DNA of 64,000 nt from positions 2,524 through 66,523 of the forward strand of contig JAMCRN010000009.1 of assembly GCA_023380585.1 (NCBI GenBank). The letters run 5' to 3'. Origin of the DNA: Candidatus Parvarchaeota archaeon (lineage in GTDB: Archaea; Nanobdellota; Nanobdellia; Parvarchaeales; Parvarchaeaceae). Shown piece after piece: positions 1 to 9,089 of this stretch. The position numbers were made by a program, and so were the translations under genes. Each line of letters opens with the position of its first letter. The first letter of the stretch is position 1. The notes under the pieces are model-generated. The model searched no databases, had not been told where the DNA came from, and saw nothing but the letters and a program-made list of their open reading frames with translations.

Positions 1-652
1 ATTCCCATACTGTAGATGGGGCTTCTCCTATAGGATTCCTGCGTTTGTGTCCGGGGGGGTATATATAATTTTTAGGATAAGGCGTCCTAATTCCATCTAA
101 ATTCCATTTATATTTATTTGATTTTGAGAAGACTAGAAGATATTCAGATCTATTTTTTAATTTCCTTCCGAAATGGAATGGAACCCCAGTAAGTTTCTTG
201 TAGACATAAACATCTTTACACCCTATACCTATGCTTTCAAATTGATTCATTATATGAAAAGGTAGTGGGATTACGTTTCCTGTGGGAGTTTTAATTCTTA
301 TAATATCTACATTAACAAAAATTACACCATCGTCTTTTATAACTCTAGCGCATTCCTTCCAAACATTCATTAACTCATTTAAGTATTCATCATAACTTTT
401 TTTAGTTTGTTTTGGTGATGCAGGCAATTGACTAGATTGAGATTTAATAGGCGATGAATAATCTTTTAAATTAAAATAAGGTGGTGATGTTACTATAAGT
501 TGTACTGATTTATTTTTTATCTCATCCATGTTAGAACTATCTTTATAAAAAACGAAATAATCCATACGATTAAATGTAAATTTGCTTATCTCCGTACTAT
601 AATTTGGATTAGCAAGTATTTCTTTCTTTATGGCGTAAATGGATGTTTTCAT
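1..652 (-). CDS. DNA methyltransferase (N6-adenine/N4-cytosine type), partial at window edge
   Basis: Minus-strand ORF starts at the ATG complementary to 650-652 and reads MKTSIYAIKKEILANP...VTSPPYFNLKDY, i.e. the (S/D/N)PPY catalytic motif IV of amino-MTases. It continues to position 1. The region is low GC. It lies upstream of the six-frame track, so I translated it by eye. Confidence 0.5.
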   Translation of the reverse strand, partial: MKTSIYAIKKEILANPNYSTEISKFTFNRMDYFVFYKDSSNMDEIKNKSVQLIVTSPPYFNLKDYSSPIKSQSSQLPASPKQTKKSYDEYLNELMNVWKECARVIKDDGVIFVNVDIIRIKTPTGNVIPLPFHIMNQFESIGIGCKDVYVYKKLTGVPFHFGRKLKNRSEYLLVFSKSNKYKWNLDGIRTPYPKNYIYPPGHKRRNPIGEAPSTVWE

Positions 653-773
653 ATTTATTCTAGCATCATAATTAGATTTACACTTTTTATATTAAAACGA
701 TTTATTAAATATAAAAACGACTTCTTAATCTCCATACTGTACTATCGCCCTAAATTTAGCTTTTCCATTCCTA

Positions 774-1484
774 CTAAAAGGCTTTCCATAAAATTTTATT
801 CTTATCCTTGACCCTTTCCAATCTAGGCACATAATGCCTCAGTGCATTGAACAGGCTGCCGTCATTCCTCTTCGGCTCGTAGCAGCCTTTATTCAGTAAT
901 TCAACAACTGTGAGAAAATACCTCCCGCTGTACCTCTTCCTCCTGCTGACTATGCCCGCCGTCCACCTGCTTACAGTCCCTTCCGGCACGCCGAGCTGCC
1001 TCGCTATATCCACAACCATCATTCCCTGCCTTGCCATGATCACTGCCGCTCTCCTGACTTTCGGGGGATATTTCACGGGAGGGTTGGGGCTCGGTATGTT
1101 CCACTTGGACAGGGTGCCGATAGGCACGTTGAGCATCTTTGCGGCAGTGCTTTTTGACAGGCCGGACTTTATCATCCTCTCCGCTTCCTTCCTCACTTCA
1201 ACGGGATGGTACTGCCTGTTGCTGTTTATCCCGATAACCCACTTGGATACCGTCGTTATGGGAACGTTGAGCTGCCTGCTTATCTGCGATCTCGACAGTC
1301 CCTGCTCCGCCAGGCTTTTCGCCTTTTCCCTGACCTCTTTGGGATAGCCGGCTCTTTTGCAGTACCCTGTCACCCATGAAGCCGCAGTCCCTCTTTTAAC
1401 GCCGAGTTTTGCGGCTATCTGCATTATCGTCAGACCCTGCTTTGCCATCTCCCTTGCGGTTTCCTTCACGCTTTCCTGGTACAT
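774..1484 (-). CDS. DNA-binding protein with four tandem helix-turn-helix repeats
   Basis: Four ~46-aa repeats follow the pattern (E/K)VR..A......G(L/M)(S/T)..QI(A/S).(Q/K)L(G/N)VP.GT(V/L)S.W, resembling transposase/resolvase-type HTH modules. Confidence 0.6.
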   Translation of the reverse strand: MYQESVKETAREMAKQGLTIMQIAAKLGVKRGTAASWVTGYCKRAGYPKEVREKAKSLAEQGLSRSQISRQLNVPITTVSKWVIGINSNRQYHPVEVRKEAERMIKSGLSKSTAAKMLNVPIGTLSKWNIPSPNPPVKYPPKVRRAAVIMARQGMMVVDIARQLGVPEGTVSRWTAGIVSRRKRYSGRYFLTVVELLNKGCYEPKRNDGSLFNALRHYVPRLERVKDKNKILWKAF

Positions 1485-1597
1485 AACAGGTTATGAAAAC
1501 CGATATAAAAAAGACTGCCTGTCATTTGCCAAAACGGCAGTAAAGGAATGCCTGGTTTGAAAGGGAGGAATCTGCGTAAACCTTGACTGCTGTGCTC

Positions 1598-2515
1598 TCA
1601 GAAGGCATCTGTGAGGCAGATTTGCCAAAAATTACATTCGGAAGTACTGCTATGAAAAAGCACCTCGACTACGCCTCCGCCGCCTCCGCCAGTATTCCCA
1701 CTATAATAACTATTCAGACCACCGCCACCATTCCCTCCGTTATTGGCTATCACTCCATTATTCTTGAATGAAAAGGAGAGTATTACCAGAGGAAAAACAC
1801 CGAAACCGCCTGGCGCGTATCCGCAACAATTGGGCACGTTTTCCACAGCACCGCCACTTGCGCTGTCTAACAGGCTAAAATTAAAGGAATAGCTAGGTAG
1901 TTTCTCTAAAGGCGTCCCGCCATTATAACCTTTTGTGTCCACTCCCGCCGCTCCGCCAGTAGCTAAAGTGTAACCTCCTGGCTCCTCCGCATTAGAAATA
2001 AAACCAGCGGCTCCACCACCACTTCCTGCAAAGGACAATCGGAAATTTGTGGCATTTCTTATAAAGTTATTATGCGTGATTATTCCTTTATTGTATATAG
2101 ATGTAAAATTCAAAAAATTCTGACTCCCTAATGAGACTGTCCCATTATTTGTTAGATTCTCTCCAGACACCAATAGGCCGGTGGTCTCGTTTATTGTCCC
2201 ATAATTTAACAAAATATTTGTTTGTATGCGACTGTTGTTTGTCATTAAAAGATCCGCACCTTTCTCTATGTATACACCAGCTGCACAGAGTGAAAACCCA
2301 TTGGTATTTAATGTATCATTTGGTTCTAATACAACCCAACCATTTGTAGTGATATTCTCGAAAAGCAAAGAAAGGCCAGAATCTATAGTTATATTATTAC
2401 TTGTTAAGTTATGGCTGCTGCAGTATGTAATAGTTTCTGCGTGTACTGTAGGTAATACAAAAAATAATATCAGTACAGCTAAAAATAAGATATTAAGATT
2501 TTCCATAAAGTTCAT
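1598..2515 (-). CDS. secreted Asn/Gly-rich protein with N-terminal signal peptide (beta-helix-like repeats, many N-X-S/T sequons)
   Basis: The N-terminus MNFMENLNILFLAVLILFFVLPTVHA is a classic signal peptide. NxT/NxS sequons are periodic, and the C-terminus is Gly-rich (GGNGGGG, GGGGGG). Confidence 0.55.
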   Translation of the reverse strand: MNFMENLNILFLAVLILFFVLPTVHAETITYCSSHNLTSNNITIDSGLSLLFENITTNGWVVLEPNDTLNTNGFSLCAAGVYIEKGADLLMTNNSRIQTNILLNYGTINETTGLLVSGENLTNNGTVSLGSQNFLNFTSIYNKGIITHNNFIRNATNFRLSFAGSGGGAAGFISNAEEPGGYTLATGGAAGVDTKGYNGGTPLEKLPSYSFNFSLLDSASGGAVENVPNCCGYAPGGFGVFPLVILSFSFKNNGVIANNGGNGGGGLNSYYSGNTGGGGGGVVEVLFHSSTSECNFWQICLTDAF

Positions 2516-2611
2516 ATAATACTAACCTTAACGTAATTGACATAGTAAAATACCGAGGTATGTTTCTTGGGCTTCTGAAAAAAATAAATGTAGAGAGAAG
2601 GTGTGCTTTTA

Positions 2612-2644
2612 GGGGGAAAGAGACTCCTTTATTTCCACTGGAAT
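2612..2644 (-). promoter_or_regulatory. full-length ORB element (minus orientation)
   Basis: The reverse complement reads ATTCCAGTGGAAATAAAGGAGTCTCTTTCCCCC. This matches the TCCAGTGGAAA(T/C)GAAA ORB core, with a G/C-string element about 15 nt downstream. Confidence 0.6.
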
Positions 2645-2797
2645 ACATTTTGTTTTTATCCTGCTTCATGATTTTCATATTATTTTTTATCATACGTAAC
2701 ACCGTGTATTACTATTATTATAAATATTATTTTTATAGGAAGCTAATACTATTTAAATCTTTCGTTTGTGAGACGCTCAAAATCAACAACGATTATT

Positions 2798-2820
2798 TCT
2801 CCATTGGAAATTTTGATGGG
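2798..2820 (+). promoter_or_regulatory. mini-ORB element (plus orientation)
   Basis: TCTCCATTGGAAATTTTGATGGG; dyad core TCCAttGGAAAT followed by a GGG string. Confidence 0.5.
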
Positions 2821-2848
2821 TTGTTTTTAATTCTTTAAGAGAAAGCAT

Positions 2849-2884
2849 GTTTCCTATGGAATAGACCTATATTTCCACTGCAAG
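2849..2884 (-). promoter_or_regulatory. tandem pair of mini-ORB-like elements (minus orientation)
   Basis: The reverse complement reads CTTGCAGTGGAAATATAGGTCTATTCCATAGGAAAC, two adjacent half-ORB matches. Confidence 0.45.
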
Positions 2885-2967
2885 CTTATTTTATTATATT
2901 TATATTATTCTATATAGTATATATAATATAGGAGACTTTATTTTAAATTATTTAAACGACTTATTTT

Positions 2968-2990
2968 TTTCCATAGGAAATATAGGTGTG
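2968..2990 (+). promoter_or_regulatory. mini-ORB element (plus orientation)
   Basis: TTTCCATAGGAAATATAGGTGTG; the same dyad core as the other elements. Confidence 0.45.
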
Positions 2991-3013
2991 TCAGCATTCT
3001 TATATAAAAAAAG

Positions 3014-3046
3014 TTATATAACTAAAGTATATCAACTTTAGTTATA
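3014..3046. repeat. perfect 12-bp inverted repeat hairpin inside the AT-rich DUE
   Basis: tataactaaagt, then atatca, then actttagttata. Confidence 0.5.
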
Positions 3047-3106
3047 GTATCTATTTAAATAGAAATTGACTAAATAAAGTATAAAACTTAGTGAATTATT
3101 TTTGAT

Positions 3107-4366
3107 ATGGACATAAATATTTCAGATACACAAAAGTTAGAGAGACTGAAAACTGAAGGTAAAAATAAATCAAACCCAAAAGACATATTCAATGAATTTC
3201 TTTTAAAGAAAAAAATCTTTAAAGATAAGGAAGTGTTATCATCCTCATTCGTTCCTGACACTATACAGCATAGAGATGAAGAAATAGAATTTATTTCTAA
3301 TATATTCGCTCCGAGCCTTTTGTTAGAAAGAGTCTCGAATCTCCTGATATATGGTTTCTCTGGTACAGGAAAATCCTTAGTTACGCGTTACGTGGCAAAA
3401 CAACTTTCTTCTATATCTATGGAAAAGAATGTAAATGTACTCCCAATTTATGTTAATTGCCGCCTAGAAAACAACAACACAGAATACCGTCTAATATCGA
3501 ACTTATGTTCTATTTTTGGAGTAAAAGTACCGACAAGCGGCCTTTCTGTAAATGAATTGTATAAAAAAATGACAAAAGCGATAGATGTAGAAAATAAATC
3601 GATTATACTCATAATAGACGAAATAGAAAAGCTCATCCAAAGCGCAGGAGATAGCGTCCTGTATAGCTTATTAAGGCTAAACGAATCGATGGCGCATGCT
3701 AAAATATCGATAGTTGGAATATCAAATAACACAGATCTTAAATCATTGCTGGACCAGAGGGTGAGAAGCTCGTTGAGTCCGTTGGAATTGGTCTTTAGAC
3801 CTTATAACGCAGTTGAGATAGGGAATATCTTAAAAACAAGAGTACATGATTCCTTTTATGAAGGGACTGTGGATGAAAGTGTTATACAAAAATGCGCTGC
3901 CATGTCTGCGCAAGAGCACGGAGATATACGAAAGGCTTTGAACTTGTTATTAGTCGCAGGGGATATAGCACAAAAATCTAGAAAAAGCAGAATAGAGGAG
4001 GAAGATTTAGACAAAGCGGTTGACGTTCTGGAACAAAATATAACAGAAGCGGTCGTAAAATCAATGACAAAACAGAGCAAATTGGTGCTTTACTCTATAA
4101 TATCTATCTCTAAAGGAAAAAGGATGGGGAGGGTCTACAGCGGAGAAGTATACGATACATATGTTAAATTAGCAGACAGATACGGTATGAAAAGGCTTAC
4201 TTTCAGAAGAGTCTCGGATTTAATCGCTGACATGGACTACAATTCTATAATAATGTCAAAAATAAGAAGTCATGGGAGATACGGCAGAACAAGAGAGCTG
4301 AACCTTGCATTCGCGCCTACTTTGTCCGATAAGATAGAAAACATAATAAAAAATAATTTAGTATAG
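3107..4366 (+). CDS. orc1: Orc1/Cdc6 origin recognition / replication initiation protein
   Basis: AAA+ Walker A (LLIYGFSGTGKSL) and Walker B (IILIIDEIEKL), plus a winged-helix C-terminal region. It sits immediately downstream of the ORB cluster. An A/T box-like tatatata sits about 25-30 nt upstream of the ATG, consistent with a leaderless start. Confidence 0.9.
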   Translation: MDINISDTQKLERLKTEGKNKSNPKDIFNEFLLKKKIFKDKEVLSSSFVPDTIQHRDEEIEFISNIFAPSLLLERVSNLLIYGFSGTGKSLVTRYVAKQLSSISMEKNVNVLPIYVNCRLENNNTEYRLISNLCSIFGVKVPTSGLSVNELYKKMTKAIDVENKSIILIIDEIEKLIQSAGDSVLYSLLRLNESMAHAKISIVGISNNTDLKSLLDQRVRSSLSPLELVFRPYNAVEIGNILKTRVHDSFYEGTVDESVIQKCAAMSAQEHGDIRKALNLLLVAGDIAQKSRKSRIEEEDLDKAVDVLEQNITEAVVKSMTKQSKLVLYSIISISKGKRMGRVYSGEVYDTYVKLADRYGMKRLTFRRVSDLIADMDYNSIIMSKIRSHGRYGRTRELNLAFAPTLSDKIENIIKNNLV

Positions 4367-4414
4367 GTCCGTAGAACTAAATAAAGATAAATATCTACAA
4401 GTTTTACTTCTATA

Positions 4415-7400
4415 ATGAAGCGTTTTCTTTTGGGGAAGAGATCCCAATCAGCATTGGAGTATCTAACAACGTACGCCTGGGAGTTTGCTCTTATAATTTT
4501 AGTGGTTGTTGCGCTGTTTTATACAGGCGTGTTCAATACCTCCGGATTCTTCTCATCCGCACCCGTTTTTTCTGGATTCAGCGGTATTTCGATACAGAAT
4601 GTAGTAGCAAATTCCACTGTAGTTGAACTGTCAATGGTCAATGATGAGAACTTTGGAGTAAACATTACAAATATGGCGCTCGATTACAACGGTCAGAATT
4701 TCACTGTGTTCTCATGCACAGAGTATTCACTATATCCTGGTGAGAACACAATCTGCGCTTTTGTGGGATCTTTCCCCCAAAGACGTATATCTACACACTT
4801 GTACATAGACTACAGTACAAACTCAATAAACACTCTATCAGCAGGGAGTATACTATTCTCTCCATCTAACTCCGCTGTCAAGTTCCCATTCATAAAAACA
4901 GAATTAAACTTCACAATAACAAATCTACAGAGCACAGCGACGTCGGCGCCATTCCAGCAAGAGATAACTTTTGATCCGCAGTTCCTGCAGCAGTACGAAT
5001 CCAGCAACCTCGGCAATATACGATTCTATGAAGGAGCACAAGAGTTATACAGCTGGTGCCAAAGCGGATGCTCCTCCTCTTCAGATAATGTAACATTCTG
5101 GGTAAATTTACCGAACGGTGTAGGCGCAGATTCTTCCCTGAATTTAACAATAGTATTCTTACCTTTGGCAAATTACGATGGTGTCTACGCTGGAGAAGCG
5201 CCACAGCTCTCCCCGATATACGCCGAGTATGATAATGGGGCTGATGTGTTCCCGGAATTGTATAATAATTTCAAAGGGACTACATTGAATGGCTTTAGTG
5301 GCGGGACCTATAAAATCGATAATGGTCTTACTATATATGACAATGGCAATTTAGTTTCTACCTCAGCAATACCAGACGGAAACACTGCTGTAACCATTTT
5401 TGGTCTGTTTGACTCTGGCGGCGCAGTATACTCCGGCTCGGGTAGTACATATGCATTGGGTTATGATTTTTACGACGGCAGCGGAGGAACAGGGCTTAGT
5501 TATGCTTTGAACTCAAATTCCGGTGGCAATGTAAATTGCGAAAATTTCGACACAAATAAATCTTGGGGTGCGTCAGCCGTTCCTATAAATACAACAGGTT
5601 TTTATTCTCTTTATTCGATTTATAAATCAGGTAATTTAACGACAGAATTTTATTTCAACAATATTTTCGACTGCGCAGGGAGTTGGCTTTCTGGTAATCC
5701 TTTTTACAACTCATTCTCTTCAACGAGCGACTTTCAATTTTATACGCAGACAACCTCGAATGCCTATGAATATTGGCAGTATATATTTGCGAGAACATTG
5801 CCCCCCAACGGTGTTATGCCGACTGTCTCCGGGCCGCTAGTCACCAGAGTGCCTATAACTTTTACTAACTACCAAGGCACTTCTACGCCGTCTCCTTTCC
5901 AACAAATGGTAACCGTGAACTCCTCACATTTCTCTAAATATGAAGCTAATAATCTAGATAACGTTTTTTTCTTTTATTCTAATGGGACTATCGTGCCTTC
6001 ATGGCTTGAATCAGGCGATGTAGCTACGTTTAATGGCGAGACCACCTCTTATAATTTAGGCGGAACTTCGTCGTATATACAAGGGTCGTCCCCCTACGTT
6101 TTTCCTTTATCTGGCTTTGCTTGGGTCTATGATAAGAACTATGGTACTAGCAATTTTCAGGTAATATTTGAATTTGATGGTAACACTCAAGGGAGTAGTC
6201 AGTTCGAGCTAGCGCTCAGTACAAGCGGGCAATTGAGATTCTGGAACGGGTCAGAGAACTTTTTATCCTCCTTAACCGTACCATTGGATTCATGGAGCCT
6301 AGTTGGGTTTTCTGTGGATTCCAACAATATAAACCTATACGTAAACGGACAAATAGAGTCTTTCCCCACCTCTAACGCCCCTCAGGATCCAGGAGACGGA
6401 TATTGGATAATAGGATGGCAGAACTGCTGCGGTGATAGAGACTTTAACGGAAGCATATCAAACGTCCAGCTATACTCATCAGCACTGTCCAAAACCCAAG
6501 CTGATCAATTATATTTAAGCGGACCATCGGGGTCTCCTCTACAGAATGGAGAATTGGCGGGTTGGTGGCCTCTTCTTGGTAATGCGAATGACATGAGCGG
6601 GAACAACAATAATGGTGTAGTGAACAACGTTTCGTTTACTTTCACCAGTTCGGCAAGCACAAAAACCACATATTGGTTAAAGATAAGTTCTATTCCTGCA
6701 GACTCAACAAAAACAGTGTATATAGGATTCGCGCCTCCCTATATAAATTCCTTCAACAGACTTACTGGAGAAGCGCCACAGCTCTCCCCGATATACGCTG
6801 AATATGATAATGGAGCAAAACTGTTTAATGACTATTGGAATTTTAATGGAACGTCTATGCCCTCTGCTTTTAGCGTAGTGAACCCGAATAGCAAAAGTAC
6901 AATAAGTGTAGACAATGGATTATATATCGCACCATACCCCAATAATTACGCAGGGATAGAGTATAACAGTGTCTTTAACCCCGATTCTGTAGTAGAATAT
7001 TATGAGGTAAGCTCTTATTCAGTACCAAATTGCTGGGCCGTAGGAGAGGCAGTCGGCTCATTTAACAGCTCTGGCGGCTATCTTTATGTTTATGCGTATC
7101 CGCCTGGCAGCGTGTACGGCCAGCTCGGATGGAGTGCCGGTAATATCGTTTTAAGTGATGGGGTAATATATAACCAAATTTTTAGAAATATTACGCGCAG
7201 CAATGTCATAATAGGAGAGGCTTGGCCGTCGGAAAATTTACAGGTGTATTATGCGGATGGACAGGACAGACAGGTGTCGTCAACAAATGAGCTTCTAATA
7301 AAAAGTGGAATAAGCTTCAGCTTTGGGGGGTATTACTGTACAAACGGGTCCTCTATATATACACGTTGGATCAGGGTAAGAGCATATCCCCCAAACGGCA

Positions 7401-7435
7401 TTATGCCAGCCGCCAGCTTTGGAGGAGTGATATAA
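4415..7435 (+). CDS. large (1006 aa) class III signal peptide (type-IV-pilin-like) surface adhesin with internally duplicated ConA/LamG-like modules
   Basis: The N-terminus MKRFLLGKRSQSALEYLTTYAWEFALIILVVVALF is an archaeal prepilin-type signal. GEAPQLSPIYAEYDNGA occurs twice, about 525 aa apart. PPNG(V/I)MP motifs mark the module ends. GWWPLLGNANDMSGNNNNG is a LamG_3-type motif. The protein is rich in Asn/Ser/Thr sequons. Confidence 0.75.
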   Translation: MKRFLLGKRSQSALEYLTTYAWEFALIILVVVALFYTGVFNTSGFFSSAPVFSGFSGISIQNVVANSTVVELSMVNDENFGVNITNMALDYNGQNFTVFSCTEYSLYPGENTICAFVGSFPQRRISTHLYIDYSTNSINTLSAGSILFSPSNSAVKFPFIKTELNFTITNLQSTATSAPFQQEITFDPQFLQQYESSNLGNIRFYEGAQELYSWCQSGCSSSSDNVTFWVNLPNGVGADSSLNLTIVFLPLANYDGVYAGEAPQLSPIYAEYDNGADVFPELYNNFKGTTLNGFSGGTYKIDNGLTIYDNGNLVSTSAIPDGNTAVTIFGLFDSGGAVYSGSGSTYALGYDFYDGSGGTGLSYALNSNSGGNVNCENFDTNKSWGASAVPINTTGFYSLYSIYKSGNLTTEFYFNNIFDCAGSWLSGNPFYNSFSSTSDFQFYTQTTSNAYEYWQYIFARTLPPNGVMPTVSGPLVTRVPITFTNYQGTSTPSPFQQMVTVNSSHFSKYEANNLDNVFFFYSNGTIVPSWLESGDVATFNGETTSYNLGGTSSYIQGSSPYVFPLSGFAWVYDKNYGTSNFQVIFEFDGNTQGSSQFELALSTSGQLRFWNGSENFLSSLTVPLDSWSLVGFSVDSNNINLYVNGQIESFPTSNAPQDPGDGYWIIGWQNCCGDRDFNGSISNVQLYSSALSKTQADQLYLSGPSGSPLQNGELAGWWPLLGNANDMSGNNNNGVVNNVSFTFTSSASTKTTYWLKISSIPADSTKTVYIGFAPPYINSFNRLTGEAPQLSPIYAEYDNGAKLFNDYWNFNGTSMPSAFSVVNPNSKSTISVDNGLYIAPYPNNYAGIEYNSVFNPDSVVEYYEVSSYSVPNCWAVGEAVGSFNSSGGYLYVYAYPPGSVYGQLGWSAGNIVLSDGVIYNQIFRNITRSNVIIGEAWPSENLQVYYADGQDRQVSSTNELLIKSGISFSFGGYYCTNGSSIYTRWIRVRAYPPNGIMPAASFGGVI

Positions 7436-7536
7436 ACAATGAAGAGTACTGGCTTTTATACCCAGAAGGCAGTTATTTAGAATACCTATTTTGCCTGCTT
7501 AACATGCATTTATACTAATTTGACAATACTATTTTA

Positions 7537-7872
7537 ATGGAAAAAGAAAAGACCGAGATTTTACCATTTTATCATATAGGGAGAGTCATAAAGTGTTTGA
7601 CGAAGATAAATTCAGACAGCGCTGATAAAAAATACAAAGCTGTAGTGGAGATGTGGGACAACAATATAATAACGTGCGAAACCGGTGGATTAAAAGTAGA
7701 AGACGGCGATTTCGTCGTTGTATTATTCGATGGTGTGGTACAGGGCAACAATGTTATAATGCATCCCTCCAAGATAACAGATAAGATATCAAAGCAGACT
7801 GGAGAAGAGCTCTGGGAAAATTTCAAAAAGTTTTTCGACAAAGCAAAACCTCCGCACCCCATGACAGGGTAA
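7537..7872 (+). CDS. hypothetical small protein, cotranscribed with the downstream ferritin-like/VIT1 gene
   Basis: A 111-aa ORF whose stop lies 2 nt before the next start. I recognise no motif. Confidence 0.45.
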   Translation: MEKEKTEILPFYHIGRVIKCLTKINSDSADKKYKAVVEMWDNNIITCETGGLKVEDGDFVVVLFDGVVQGNNVIMHPSKITDKISKQTGEELWENFKKFFDKAKPPHPMTG

Positions 7873-7873
7873 T

Positions 7874-9010
7874 ATGAAGGAGTCCAAAGTAATCGAGGAC
7901 TTATTCAGACAGGAAAACAAACACCACCAAGTATACTCCACGCTACTGTTCACAGAGAATAACCGTGCGTTCAAGGCCAGGCTGTCAAAGATCGCAGACA
8001 TAGAGCGCAAGCATTGTGATATATGGGCAGAGATACTGAAAGAATATGGCAAAGAGGTTAAATACAAGAATTATTACCTTCTGCCCTACCTGTTCGTTTT
8101 AATCAGAAGGCTTTTTGGAAGGAGAATTCTGGCTGCCCTCCTTTCTGTATACGAGAAAAACTCCATAGACAAATTCCTTTCAGTGATAAGCTATATCCCC
8201 CGAAAAAGGTTGAAGAAAGTCGTGAACGTGATAAGCGATGAGCTATATAATGAAAGCATATATGGCCCAGAAGTAGACGGTGGCATCTTCTCTCATATCC
8301 GTGAAGTCGTATTCGGCATGAACGACGGCTTAGTGGAAGTATTAGCCGCAGTAGCCGGGATAGTCGGCATATATCATGATAATCTTATAACGGCTCTTGC
8401 AGGTCTGATAATAGGTATCTCAGGCACATTATCTATGGGGGTAGGGGCCTATCTCTCTTCTCGTTCAGCAAAAGACGTTTACACCGCAGAAAACAAGCGT
8501 ATATGGTTAGAATTAGAAGCTGCGAAGAGGCGCGTTCTAGAAAGGTCTAGCCTTTCGTTTGACCATTCAAAAAATATCTTGAGGGATCTCGACTTATTAA
8601 TAAAACGCTTAAGAGCTAAGAGAGACCCTTTCTATACTATCCTCGAAAAAGAGAAGACGAAATATCTCCTAAGAACTCTCGGAGAAAAGAACAGTCTAGA
8701 AGCGAATAAGGCGACAAATCCATTCAAGGACGGGTTATACGTCGGCGTGTTTTATTTGTTAGGGGCAGTAATTCCCCTGGTAAGTTTCTTTGCCGGTGTG
8801 ATACTTCATGATTCGGTCTTTCTGAACTTAATTATATCCGTCATAGCCACCTCACTAGCAATATCACTGGTCGCTACGATAATAGCAGTAGGCACAAGCG
8901 AAAACGTTTTAAAGAGGATATCACAGTCGCTTTTTCTTAGTCTCATGGCAGCCACTGCGACTTTTCTTATAGGCAGCATAGTATCGCATTATATCGGAGC
9001 GTTGTTTTAA
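7874..9010 (+). CDS. membrane-bound ferritin-like protein (N-terminal rubrerythrin/ferritin-like domain fused to VIT1/CCC1 iron transporter domain; MbfA-like)
   Basis: The N-terminal helices carry ExxH (IERKHCDIWAEIL). The C-terminal half (GMNDGLVEVLAAVAGIVG...) is a multi-TM VIT1-type domain. Confidence 0.7.
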   Translation: MKESKVIEDLFRQENKHHQVYSTLLFTENNRAFKARLSKIADIERKHCDIWAEILKEYGKEVKYKNYYLLPYLFVLIRRLFGRRILAALLSVYEKNSIDKFLSVISYIPRKRLKKVVNVISDELYNESIYGPEVDGGIFSHIREVVFGMNDGLVEVLAAVAGIVGIYHDNLITALAGLIIGISGTLSMGVGAYLSSRSAKDVYTAENKRIWLELEAAKRRVLERSSLSFDHSKNILRDLDLLIKRLRAKRDPFYTILEKEKTKYLLRTLGEKNSLEANKATNPFKDGLYVGVFYLLGAVIPLVSFFAGVILHDSVFLNLIISVIATSLAISLVATIIAVGTSENVLKRISQSLFLSLMAATATFLIGSIVSHYIGALF

Positions 9011-9089
9011 GGCCAGCGGTCTGCATATTCAAATTACTACTTTTAAGTAATAGAAAAGTATTAATACTAGTTATAATCATTGTACTTGC

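Larger units (their letters stand above)
2600..3106. other. oriC: putative chromosomal replication origin (oriC): ORB elements flanking AT-rich unwinding region, adjacent to orc1/cdc6
   Basis: A cluster of TCCA(N)TGGAAAT-type origin recognition boxes lies in opposed orientations around very AT-rich tracts and a 12-bp perfect hairpin, directly upstream of the Orc1/Cdc6 gene. Four ORB/ORB-pair sites are annotated separately; the 2849..2884 site holds two tandem half-ORBs. Confidence 0.65.

Noticed and set aside
910-1347. 145-aa plus-strand ORF
   Set aside because: It is fully antisense to the better-supported 4xHTH gene at 774..1484 and has low-complexity hydrophobic content. It is probably a shadow ORF.
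2493-2838. ORFs of 69 and 92 aa over the orc1-upstream region
   Set aside because: They cover the ORB elements and AT-rich DUE, and their translations are poly-Y/F/I junk. They are origin sequence, not coding.
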